Below, piece after piece: positions 15,519 through 22,880 of a DNA stretch of 32,000 nucleotides. The stretch comes from Kineococcus radiotolerans SRS30216 = ATCC BAA-149 (GTDB lineage: Bacteria > Actinomycetota > Actinomycetes > Actinomycetales > Kineococcaceae). Made by a program: the position numbers and the translations under genes. Where the stretch lies: assembly GCF_000017305.1 (NCBI RefSeq), contig NC_009664.2, positions 4,729,184 through 4,761,183 on the forward strand, in the 5' to 3' direction. Numbering within the stretch: the first letter of the stretch is position 1; every line of letters starts with the position of its first letter. The notes below the pieces were generated by a model that did not search any database, was not told the DNA's origin, and saw only the letters and a program-made list of their open reading frames with translations.

Positions 15519-17678
15519 GTGCACATCAGCAACACCGGTCACAGGCGTCTCCACAACACCGGTCACAGCCGTCTCCGGCGCGCCCTCGTTGTGGCTGCCG
15601 CCGCGGGCCTGGCTGCGCCGGTCCTCACTCCCGTCGCGGGCGCGTCCACTGCCGCCGCGGCGTGGTCGCCGGCGCCGGCGCAGTTGGAGGTGCTGGCGGG
15701 CACGGGGAACCCGACGACGGGCCTGGACCATGGTTCTTTCCGCTTGACCCGGAACCTGACCGGCCCGGTTGCTGTCGCGGTGGAAGACGCTCCGGGCACC
15801 AACGGTGGCCGGTTCGCCTTCGTCGACGGTGGGTTGACGAGCACGGTGGAGTGGCAGGACGTGTCGGGTCTGCAGTCGCAGAACTTCTCGGTGGACTTCG
15901 GGGCATGGCGGCAGGTGTTCCCCGACGGGCAGGTGCCCGCCACGGGGAAACCGTTCTCGCCTACCGCGCTGGCTCTCGCCTACACGCAGCGGACCTCTGA
16001 TGGGTTCACGGTCTACGCCTCCGACCCGGCCGCGGGCTACGTTCTCGGCGGTAACGACGGTTCCAGCTTCGTGGCGGGTAACGGTGGTTCGGGTGTTCCC
16101 GTTCCGGGCCCAGCGGCCGCGTCCCCCCTGCACGCCACCGCGTTGGCTACCGACAGCCACGGCATCCTGTACGCCACCGACTCCACCGCGGACTCCCTGG
16201 TGGCGATCGACCCGGTGACGAAGTTGCTGCGCCTGGTCGCTGGGACGGGTAAACCCACCGCGTTGGCCGACCCGCGTGCGCTCGCGGTCGGGGCCGACGA
16301 CACCCTCTACGTCCTAGACGGCAACGCCGTCGTCCACCTGGGCGTGGACGGGAGCAGGACGGTCCTCGCCGGAGCGGGCAGCGAGCACCCACTGGCAGCC
16401 CCGAGCGCGCTGACTGTGGGTGATGACGGAACCCTCTACGTCGCTGACGGGCACACCGTCAGCGCCCGCAGCGCCGGCGGTGCCTGGTCCCTGATCGCCG
16501 GCGGCACCCATGGGCGGCCTGTTCTCGGTGACGCGGTCGACAGTCCGCTGGGTGCGGTGACGGGTCTGGCGGTGCGTGATGACGGCACCGTGGCCATCGC
16601 CGACCGCGAAGCCCGCCAGGTCCTGCTCGTCACCCCCGACCAGCCCACCTACGGGATTCCGCTGGAGGCTGGTGTGCACCGGCTCGCCGGGGCGGATCGG
16701 GTGCAGACCGCTGTCCTCGCCTCCCAGCGGCTGGCCCCGTTCGCGCACACCGCCGCCGCGGTCGTCATCGCCCGCGCCGACACCTACGCCGACTCCCTCG
16801 CCGGGGCGCGGCTGGCCTCAACACTGTCCGCGCCGCTGTTCCTCACCTCCGGGGATCACCTCACCCCGCAACTGCGCGCGGAGCTGGACCGTGTCCTGGT
16901 CCGCTCACCGCGGGTCTACCTCCTCGGCACCAGCGACGCGGTGCCGAGCACGATCGGCCAGGACATCTACGCCCTGCGCCCGTTCATGAACGCAGATCGG
17001 GTCGCGGGGTTCGACCGGTTCGGCACCGCCGTACACATCGCGGAGCGGGTACGGTCCTGGGACGGCGCGGACGACACGACCCCGCTGTTCCTGGTCAACG
17101 GCTGGAACTACCCCGACGGGCTGGCGGTGTCTGCCCTCGCCGCCCGCACCGGTGGGCAGGTGCTGCTCACCGACGGCGAGCACCTGCCCGCCGACACTGC
17201 CCGCTATCTCGCTGAGTACGACCCGACGGGTGCTCGCACCGTGCCCGTGGGCGGGGTGGCTGCTGAGGCCGTTGAGAACGACATCCCCGACGCCGCCTAC
17301 GACAACGCCCTGGACAACGCCATCGTCGGTGCGGACCGCTACGAGACCTCCGCTCTGCTCGCCTCGGCCTTCGCCCCCGCCACCAGCAGCCCGGCCAGTG
17401 ACTCAGCTGGCGACTCAGATGGTGACTCGGTCACGGACACGCCTGTCGGGCTGGCGACCGGCGAGAACTGGCCCGACGCTCTCGTCGGGGCTGCGGCGAT
17501 GGGGATCTTGGACGGGCCGTTGGTGCTGACCCCGACTGCGCACCTGGCCCCGGCCACCGCCGATGTGCTCGACCTGCTCAGCACCACACCCGGGCGCATC
17601 AGCACCCTGGTGGTGTTCGGCGGAACCAACCGCGTCTTCGAAGCGGCGCAGCGCGAGGCGGCGGCGTACATCAGCTGA
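15519..17678 (+). CDS. secreted cell-wall-associated protein: NHL/beta-propeller-like repeats + three CWB2 (cell wall binding repeat 2) modules
   Basis: Signal-like N-terminus: RRALVVAAAAGLAAPVLTPVAGAS. Four repeats of the LY(A/V)(T/L/A)D...L(V/I)AG type. Three CWB2-like modules: RLAGADRVQTAVLASQ...ADSLAGARLAS...PLFLT, then RVAGFDRFGTAVHIAE...PDGLAVSALAAR...VLLT, then IVGADRYETSALLAS...PDALVGAAAMG...LVLT. The track ORF begins at 15303. In-frame GTG 15519 lies just before the signal-like region and is preferred, but the start is uncertain. Confidence 0.85.
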   Translation: MHISNTGHRRLHNTGHSRLRRALVVAAAAGLAAPVLTPVAGASTAAAAWSPAPAQLEVLAGTGNPTTGLDHGSFRLTRNLTGPVAVAVEDAPGTNGGRFAFVDGGLTSTVEWQDVSGLQSQNFSVDFGAWRQVFPDGQVPATGKPFSPTALALAYTQRTSDGFTVYASDPAAGYVLGGNDGSSFVAGNGGSGVPVPGPAAASPLHATALATDSHGILYATDSTADSLVAIDPVTKLLRLVAGTGKPTALADPRALAVGADDTLYVLDGNAVVHLGVDGSRTVLAGAGSEHPLAAPSALTVGDDGTLYVADGHTVSARSAGGAWSLIAGGTHGRPVLGDAVDSPLGAVTGLAVRDDGTVAIADREARQVLLVTPDQPTYGIPLEAGVHRLAGADRVQTAVLASQRLAPFAHTAAAVVIARADTYADSLAGARLASTLSAPLFLTSGDHLTPQLRAELDRVLVRSPRVYLLGTSDAVPSTIGQDIYALRPFMNADRVAGFDRFGTAVHIAERVRSWDGADDTTPLFLVNGWNYPDGLAVSALAARTGGQVLLTDGEHLPADTARYLAEYDPTGARTVPVGGVAAEAVENDIPDAAYDNALDNAIVGADRYETSALLASAFAPATSSPASDSAGDSDGDSVTDTPVGLATGENWPDALVGAAAMGILDGPLVLTPTAHLAPATADVLDLLSTTPGRISTLVVFGGTNRVFEAAQREAAAYIS
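15531..15578. repeat. 24-bp tandem duplication (AACACCGGTCACAG(G/C)CGTCTCC..), 21/24 identical, at the 5' end of the CWB2 gene
   Basis: 15531-15554 versus 15555-15578. They encode NTGHRRLH / NTGHSRLR immediately before the signal-like hydrophobic stretch. Confidence 0.85.
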
Positions 17679-17780
17679 ATACCTGGCCCCGGAGCGTTGG
17701 GGTGAGCCGTCGCGCGTCGACGACCGGTTCGGGGTCAGCCTCGGGCTTTCAGCCCTTTCAAGCTTCCCGTCCTTTCGGGG

Positions 17781-17816
17781 CAAGGCGCGCAAGGCGCGCA
17801 AGGCGCGCAAGGCGGC
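17781..17816. repeat. 9-bp tandem repeat CAAGGCGCG x3 + CAAGGCGGC
   Basis: Read directly in the gap between the convergent CWB2 and lrgB genes. Confidence 0.9.
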
Positions 17817-17829
17817 TCACGCGGCTGGC

Positions 17830-17865
17830 GGTTCTCAGGGTTCTCAGGGTTCTCAGGGGTCAGGG
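17830..17865. repeat. 9-bp tandem repeat GGTTCTCAG x3 + degenerate GGGTCAGGG
   Basis: Read directly. It lies 13 bp downstream of the previous array. Confidence 0.9.
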
Positions 17866-18024
17866 AGCGTTCCTCGCCGGTTTGCGAGGTGACTGAGCGC
17901 TGGTCTCAGTGGCTGAGGGACGCGAACGGGTGGATGCCCTCTGGTGGGGGGCGCGCAGCGCTCGCGCTCTGGCGGGACCTGCCCTGTGAACCGACGGGGG
18001 AAGGCCAGGAGGGTTCAAGACCCC

Positions 18025-18059
18025 GGGGGTCTTGCGGGGGGTCTTGCGGGGGGTCTTGC
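18025..18059. repeat. 12-bp tandem repeat (G)GGGGGTCTTGC x3
   Basis: 18025-18035, 18036-18047 and 18048-18059. The first unit overlaps the palindrome GACCCC-G-GGGGTC (18019-18031). Confidence 0.9.
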
Positions 18060-18088
18060 CGACGTCCTACGGGTGGTGTTGCGGGGGG

Positions 18089-18832
18089 TCAGTGGAAGGC
18101 GCGGGCGAGGAGGGGGAGCGCCACGGTCATGGTGAGGGCGTTGAGGACCATCGCGGCGCTGGACCATCCACCGGTGACGGTGGACTCGGTCAAGGCTCTG
18201 GAGGTGCCGATGCCGTGGGAGGTGACCCCGAGGGCGAATCCCCGCGCGCGGGGGTCGCTGACGTGGGCTCGGTCCAGCAGCCAGGGGCCGATGGTGGCTC
18301 CGAGGATGCCGGAGATGAGGGTGAGGACGACGGCGAGGGTGGTGTTGGCGCCGATGCTCTCCCCTAGCGTCAACGCGACCGGCGTCGTCACCGATCGGGG
18401 CAAGGTGGTGAGCACGAGGGCGTCATCGGCACCGAAGGCAGTGAGGGCGGCCACCGTGATGGCCAGGCTCACGGCACCGGTGAGCAGGAGGGTCACCGCG
18501 ACGGCGAGTCGGTCGCTGAGCAGGGCAGGGGCGGAGTGCAGCAGCGGCAGGGCCAGCGCCACGGTCGCCGGTCCCAGCAGCAGGGCCAGGATGGAGACGG
18601 AGGAGAGGTACTCCTGGTAGCTGATCCCGAGCACGTCGAGGACGACGGAGACGGCGATCATGGTGACCAGTACCGGGCTGAGCAGGGCGGGTCGGCCCAG
18701 GCGGTGGTGCAGCTGGCTGGCGGCGAGGTAGGCAGCCAGGGTCAACGCCAGCCCGAATCCTGGCGTGTGGCTCAGCGTGTCGATCAGCGTGGGGCCCAGC
18801 GTCTGGATCGATGCGTGACTCAGCGCGCTCAC
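18089..18832 (-). CDS. lrgB: LrgB/CidB family membrane protein
   Basis: Polytopic membrane protein with LrgB-like segments: LLGPATVALALPL, SVTTPVALTLGESIGAN, GILGATIGPWLL, GFALGVTSHGIGTSRA. GTG 18830-18832 overlaps the lrgA stop 18829-18831 (GTGA coupling). The longer 321-aa track ORF extends through lrgA in another frame. Confidence 0.85.
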   Translation of the reverse strand: MSALSHASIQTLGPTLIDTLSHTPGFGLALTLAAYLAASQLHHRLGRPALLSPVLVTMIAVSVVLDVLGISYQEYLSSVSILALLLGPATVALALPLLHSAPALLSDRLAVAVTLLLTGAVSLAITVAALTAFGADDALVLTTLPRSVTTPVALTLGESIGANTTLAVVLTLISGILGATIGPWLLDRAHVSDPRARGFALGVTSHGIGTSRALTESTVTGGWSSAAMVLNALTMTVALPLLARAFH

Positions 18833-19287
18833 GGGCGGGGCCTGCGCTGGAGCAGCTTCTGCAAGACGACGCCGGCGATCACGAGCGCGCCGGTGAAGGA
18901 CCCGAGAACGGCGAGGGCTAGCGGTGCGGCTGCGTCCAGGATCGTCGGCACCTGGGTCAGCACCGCCACCCCGGGCGGTACGAACAGCAGCTGCAGGTGC
19001 TTCAGGAGGGGATCGGCTGCGGGTTGGACCCGGCGCACGAGCTTCGGGGACCAAGCGCCGAGGGCCAGCAGCAGCACCAGGCCCACGACGGCGGCGGGCA
19101 CGGGTAGCTGCGTGAGGTCGACCAGCAGCGTGCCGAGGAGTTGGAAGCCGATGAGGAGGGTCAGGGCGCTGAGCACCGCTGGAACGTGCGGGGCCCCGCC
19201 ACTGGCTGGTTCAGGAGTCGCCGGCTGAGGGGCAGCGGGCTCGGGGGCAGGGGGCTCGGAAGTGGAGGGTCCGGTATCGGCGTTCAC
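18829..19287 (-). CDS. lrgA: CidA/LrgA family holin-like membrane protein
   Basis: 152-aa ORF. After a Pro/Glu/Ala-rich N-terminus come four hydrophobic helices with LrgA-like segments (LLIGFQLLGTLLV...VPAAVVGLVLLLALG...LLFVPPGVAV...LAVLGSFTGALVIAGVV). It lies directly upstream of, and is coupled to, lrgB. GTG start at 19285-19287; a later start is possible. Confidence 0.8.
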   Translation of the reverse strand: MNADTGPSTSEPPAPEPAAPQPATPEPASGGAPHVPAVLSALTLLIGFQLLGTLLVDLTQLPVPAAVVGLVLLLALGAWSPKLVRRVQPAADPLLKHLQLLFVPPGVAVLTQVPTILDAAAPLALAVLGSFTGALVIAGVVLQKLLQRRPRP

Positions 19288-19430
19288 GTCGGTACCTGGT
19301 CCGGCGGGAGTGCGGCGCGGGCAGCACCGCCCAGGCCCAGGCCCACGCTCTGGGCTGGCGTCGATGTCTGGTCGGTCTGGCCCAGCGGGGGCGGGGACAG
19401 CACCGATCCAGGCCGTGTCCCCGGGCTGAC

Positions 19431-19559
19431 GGTGCTGCTGGCGGTGCTGCTGGCGGCGCTGGGACTGGTGGCGCTGGGACTGGTGGCGCTGGGACTGGTG
19501 GCGCTGGGACTGGTGGCGCTGGGACTGGTGGCGCTGGGACTGGCGGCGCTGGTGCGACC
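19431..19559. repeat. compound tandem array: GGTGCTGCTGGC x2 followed by GGCGCTGGGACTGGT x6 + 1 degenerate copy
   Basis: 12-bp units at 19431-19442 and 19443-19454. 15-bp units at 19455, 19470, 19485, 19500 and 19515 are identical. The unit at 19530 has 1 mismatch, and 19545-19559 is degenerate. The array is intergenic, between the hydrolase stop (19565) and the lrgA start (19287). Confidence 0.9.
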
Positions 19560-19564
19560 CACCA

Positions 19565-20467
19565 TCACAGTTGTCCCGGGTGGGTCTGGGCCGGTCGGGG
19601 TGGTGCTACCTCCTGGCTCTGCTCGCGACTCTGCTTCTGGTCTACGGCAGGCGGGTCGGCGGGCAGGTCGGCGGGCAGGTCGGCGGGCAGGTTGAGGTGT
19701 TCGCGGATGAGGCGGTTGACCTCGTCGGCGTTCTCCCAGCTGGCCAGGTGCGCGCCGGGGACGGTGACCAGGTGAGCGGTGGGCACGGCGTCGCAGATCT
19801 GGTGCAGGTGCTCTGGTGGTGTCGTGCGGTCTTGCGCACCGGGGATGGCCAGGACTTGTGAGTGCAGGTGCGGCAGGCGGGGGCGTAGGTCCATCGCGGC
19901 GATCGCTTCGCAGCACCCGGCGTACCCTTCCGGGTCGGTCGCGGCGATCATGTCGATCATCCGCTGGACGTCGTCGGGGTGGGCTTGGGCGTAGGCGGCG
20001 GTGAACCACCGGCTGACGACGTCAGCAGCGATTACCCCCGGTCCCTGCGCTCGCACCCGGGCCGCCCGCTCCTGCCAGGCGGAGGCGGGGCCGAGGTGGG
20101 CTGAGGTGCACAGCAGCACGAGGCGGGGGAAGCGGTGCGGGGCGCGCAACGCGCAGTTGATCGCGATCATGCCGCCGATGGACAACCCGACCATGGTGAC
20201 GTCCTCGACGCCTTCGCGGTCCAAGACGGCGAGGACGTCGTCGGTGAGGTCATCGAGGTCGTAGGGCCCCGGAGTCGACGGTGAGGCGCCGTGACCGCGG
20301 TGCTCGATGCGCAGGACGTCGACGTCGGGAGTCAGCGCCGCGATCTGCGGCTGCCACATCGTGGCGTCGGAGCCGAGGGAGCCGGCCAGCAGCACGACAC
20401 CTCGCGCGGTGCCCGGACAGCGGTTCCAGATCGCGTGCGCGGCGATAGGACTGGCGATGGGACTCAC
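19565..20467 (-). CDS. alpha/beta hydrolase, 3-oxoadipate enol-lactonase (PcaD)-like
   Basis: GTG 20465-20467 is preceded by GAAGGAGA. HRGHGAS motif, nucleophile elbow GLSIGG, and PEGYAGCCEAIAAMDLR and GAQDRTTPPE...GAHLASWE, all colinear with PcaD-type enol-lactonases. The 506-aa track ORF extends upstream into the neighbouring gene in another frame. Confidence 0.85.
   Translation of the reverse strand: MSPIASPIAAHAIWNRCPGTARGVVLLAGSLGSDATMWQPQIAALTPDVDVLRIEHRGHGASPSTPGPYDLDDLTDDVLAVLDREGVEDVTMVGLSIGGMIAINCALRAPHRFPRLVLLCTSAHLGPASAWQERAARVRAQGPGVIAADVVSRWFTAAYAQAHPDDVQRMIDMIAATDPEGYAGCCEAIAAMDLRPRLPHLHSQVLAIPGAQDRTTPPEHLHQICDAVPTAHLVTVPGAHLASWENADEVNRLIREHLNLPADLPADLPADPPAVDQKQSREQSQEVAPPRPAQTHPGQL
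19646..19693. repeat. 12-bp tandem repeat GGCGGGCAGGTC x4, in frame at the 3' end of the hydrolase CDS (LPAD units)
   Basis: 19646-19657 (variant), 19658-19669, 19670-19681 and 19682-19693. They encode NLPADLPADLPADPPA after the point where the hydrolase fold ends (..LIREHL). Confidence 0.85.
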
Positions 20468-20567
20468 CGTGTCTCCTTCGCTTCTTGCCGTGCCTCTCGC
20501 TGTGCTTCCTGCAGTCCTTCCCACAGGGCGCTCGCGGTGCCGCTCAGGCTGCTCCTCACGGTGCTCT

Positions 20568-22880
20568 TCACGGCGCCTCCGTGACGATGTGCACGACTTC
20601 GTGCGCGCTGAGTCGCTCCACTCGGAAGGACACCCAGTCACCCTCGACGGTGTAGGTGAGGTCGCCGGCGTCGACGAGCCCACGCACCGAGCGCACCTGC
20701 TCCCCGGGGGTGGTGAGCTGCACGCTGAGGTCGATGGGCCCGTAGGGCACGATCTGCGCCTGACGCCCGGGCACGGTGGAGGTGTAGAGCAGGTTGCCCA
20801 GGTGCAGGACGTAGCCGCCGGCTTGGCGGTAGAGGTTGGTGTTGACCGGGGCGGGGGACTGCACCCGCAGCGGATTGCGTCCCTCCAGCGCCCACTGCAG
20901 GCAGCCGGCGAGGACGCGGGCGTGGTCGGGTTGCTCTTCTCGGTGCGCGCAGCGGTCGAGGTCGGCGGGCAGGTACACCACACGCGCACCCCCGGGCCGC
21001 TCGTGAACCAGCAGTGCGGGAATGTCGGTGCGCGGGGTACGCATCCAGCTGGTCTCAGGCGGGAAGATGGGGAACTCCGGCACATAGGTCATCAGCACCT
21101 GCACCCCGGGGGCGGCGGTGACCACGGGCAGGTACCCGCCGAAGGAGATGGTGTCGGTGTCCCCGAGTCCGCCCAGGATGGGGTGCCGCCCCGCCCTCAC
21201 CTCGTGTGCTGCCTCGGGTGCTGTCTCGTCTGCTGCCTCGGGTGCTGCCTCGTCAGTAGCCGCGTGCGCTTGATCTTCAAGGCGCAGGTAGCTGTGCCGG
21301 TCCCAGATCTCGATGGAAGGCGTCGGGGGCAGGACACTTCCTCGCTGCGCTGCGGTGCGGTGGGCCCCGAGCAGGTCGGCCAGGGCGAAGTCCTCGCGCT
21401 CGCGGCCGTGCTCGTCCAGGGCGCTGGTCGCTCCGGTGGCGATGATCGATCCGCCGGCGTCGACAAAGGCGCGGACCGCCTCGCACTGGGCTTCGCTCAT
21501 CACCGCCAGGTCGGGCAGGACGAGGACGTCGACGTCGGCGTGGGCGATGCGGTCGACGTGGATCGGGGTGAAGGGGATGTTCTCGGTGACCAGCACCCGC
21601 GTCAGCCCGGCGTAGGGGGCGATGACGGTGTTGGGGCCGTCCTCGCGTCCGTGCAGGTCGAAGTTGGGTTGGGACCAGACGACGCCGACGCTGGTGATGG
21701 GGGTCCGTTCGGTGAGCACGTCCTGGTGGGCGCTGTGCCAGCTGAAGAGGTCGACGGCGTTGTCGTACTGGCGTCGGTCTTCGTGGACGGAGCCGATGTG
21801 GTGCCACCACGGTGAGGCGCCGCCGGCCCAGCCTTCGCTCATCCACAGCTCCACTTCGGCACGCGGCATGCTGGAGAGCCGGAAGGCGGGGTAGCCCATG
21901 TCGTAGAAGGCGGTGCACTCGAAGACGGGCTTGTCCCAGCCCAGGACGTCGTGCAGTCGCTTGACGACTTCGGCGTTCTGCTCGAAGCCTTCGTCGCCGT
22001 GGCGGCGTTGGTGGTCCAGCAGGATGACGGGGGTGCGCTGGGCCAGGGCGGCGCTGTCCTGGAAGACGGCGGCGTTGTGCGCGATCTGGCCGTGCAGCAT
22101 CCCCAGCCACAGGCAGTCCGGACCGCCTGCGCCTCGGGTCACCGCGTTGTTCTGCTCCCACAGCTGCGTGCGGCGGGCGTAGTTCCAGTCGATCCAGGCG
22201 AGGTAGTCGGGGTCGTCCCAGTCGGTGCGGACCGGCAGGGTACGCCCGGTGGCCGCACCGAAGCGGCGCACGCAGTTGGCGCAGTAGCAGATCTTGGCGC
22301 GGTCGATGCCGGCCCAGCCGTTGTCGGCGAAGGCGTCGGGGGCGTAGCGGGCGATGACTTCGCGGAAGACGTCGGGGATGAACTGGTCGTAGTAGTCGCT
22401 GCTGACGCAGGTCGCGTACTTGTCCCCACGCCGGTAGGGCTGCTGCTGATCGTCGACGCAGAACCACTCCGGGTGGGCGCGGTAGACGTCCTCATCGCCG
22501 CGGTTGGAGTCCATGCGGGCGATGACGGCCAGCCCATCGGCGCGGGCTGCGGCCAGCACCTCACCGAAGAGGTCGCGCTCGGCGATGCCGGGGGCGAGCT
22601 TGTGACCTTCGATCTGGGAGGGGTAGTAGGCGGCGATGCCCCCGCAGTTGACGAAGATCCCGTCGATGCCGGTGCGTCGCCACTGCTGGCGCCAGAAGTC
22701 GACGTCGAGGCGGGCGGGGTCGGCTTCGACGAGGTTGGTCTGGCCCAGTCGCCGGGCGCGGCGGTACCAAGGCTGGGTGCTTTGTGCACCCATGTCCTGG
22801 GGGTCGGTGGCCGGCGTGCCTGCGGTGGTCGCGGCGGTGGTCGCGGCGCCGGTCGCGGTGGTGGTGGGTGTGGTGGTCAT
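20568..22880 (-). CDS. putative glycoside hydrolase, GHL6 / GH42-like with a beta-galactosidase-trimerisation-type domain
   Basis: 770 aa from ATG 22878-22880, which overlaps the permease stop 22877-22879 (ATGA). TIM-barrel-like N-terminal half: GIDGIFVNCGGIAAYYPS...GLAVIARMDSN...HPEW. Cys cluster: KICYCANCVRRF. Central VGVVWSQ...DVLVLPDLAVMSEAQCEAVRAFVDAGGSIIATG resembles the Glyco_hydro_42M fold. Family-level call only. Confidence 0.75.
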   Translation of the reverse strand: MTTTPTTTATGAATTAATTAGTPATDPQDMGAQSTQPWYRRARRLGQTNLVEADPARLDVDFWRQQWRRTGIDGIFVNCGGIAAYYPSQIEGHKLAPGIAERDLFGEVLAAARADGLAVIARMDSNRGDEDVYRAHPEWFCVDDQQQPYRRGDKYATCVSSDYYDQFIPDVFREVIARYAPDAFADNGWAGIDRAKICYCANCVRRFGAATGRTLPVRTDWDDPDYLAWIDWNYARRTQLWEQNNAVTRGAGGPDCLWLGMLHGQIAHNAAVFQDSAALAQRTPVILLDHQRRHGDEGFEQNAEVVKRLHDVLGWDKPVFECTAFYDMGYPAFRLSSMPRAEVELWMSEGWAGGASPWWHHIGSVHEDRRQYDNAVDLFSWHSAHQDVLTERTPITSVGVVWSQPNFDLHGREDGPNTVIAPYAGLTRVLVTENIPFTPIHVDRIAHADVDVLVLPDLAVMSEAQCEAVRAFVDAGGSIIATGATSALDEHGREREDFALADLLGAHRTAAQRGSVLPPTPSIEIWDRHSYLRLEDQAHAATDEAAPEAADETAPEAAHEVRAGRHPILGGLGDTDTISFGGYLPVVTAAPGVQVLMTYVPEFPIFPPETSWMRTPRTDIPALLVHERPGGARVVYLPADLDRCAHREEQPDHARVLAGCLQWALEGRNPLRVQSPAPVNTNLYRQAGGYVLHLGNLLYTSTVPGRQAQIVPYGPIDLSVQLTTPGEQVRSVRGLVDAGDLTYTVEGDWVSFRVERLSAHEVVHIVTEAP
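21207..21254. repeat. 24-bp tandem duplication, 23/24 identical, in frame within the GH-like CDS
   Basis: 21207-21230 versus 21231-21254. They encode DEAAPEAA / DETAPEAA. Confidence 0.85.

Noticed and set aside
17781-19559. Tandem arrays considered as CRISPR or CRISPR-like repeats
   Set aside because: The units are 9-15 bp and directly abutting, with no spacers. No cas genes are present. This is not CRISPR architecture.
19284-20009. 241-aa minus ORF that translates the 15-bp array as (SPSAT)n, which could be a repeat protein
   Set aside because: It overlaps the PcaD-like CDS out of frame for most of its length. It is Arg/Pro-rich outside the repeat, so the array is better treated as intergenic DNA.
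20468-21085. Upstream 206 codons of the 506-aa ORF (19565..21085)
   Set aside because: It overlaps the C-terminal part of the GH-like CDS out of frame. The hydrolase homology begins right after GTG 20465-20467, which has a strong GAAGGAGA Shine-Dalgarno sequence.
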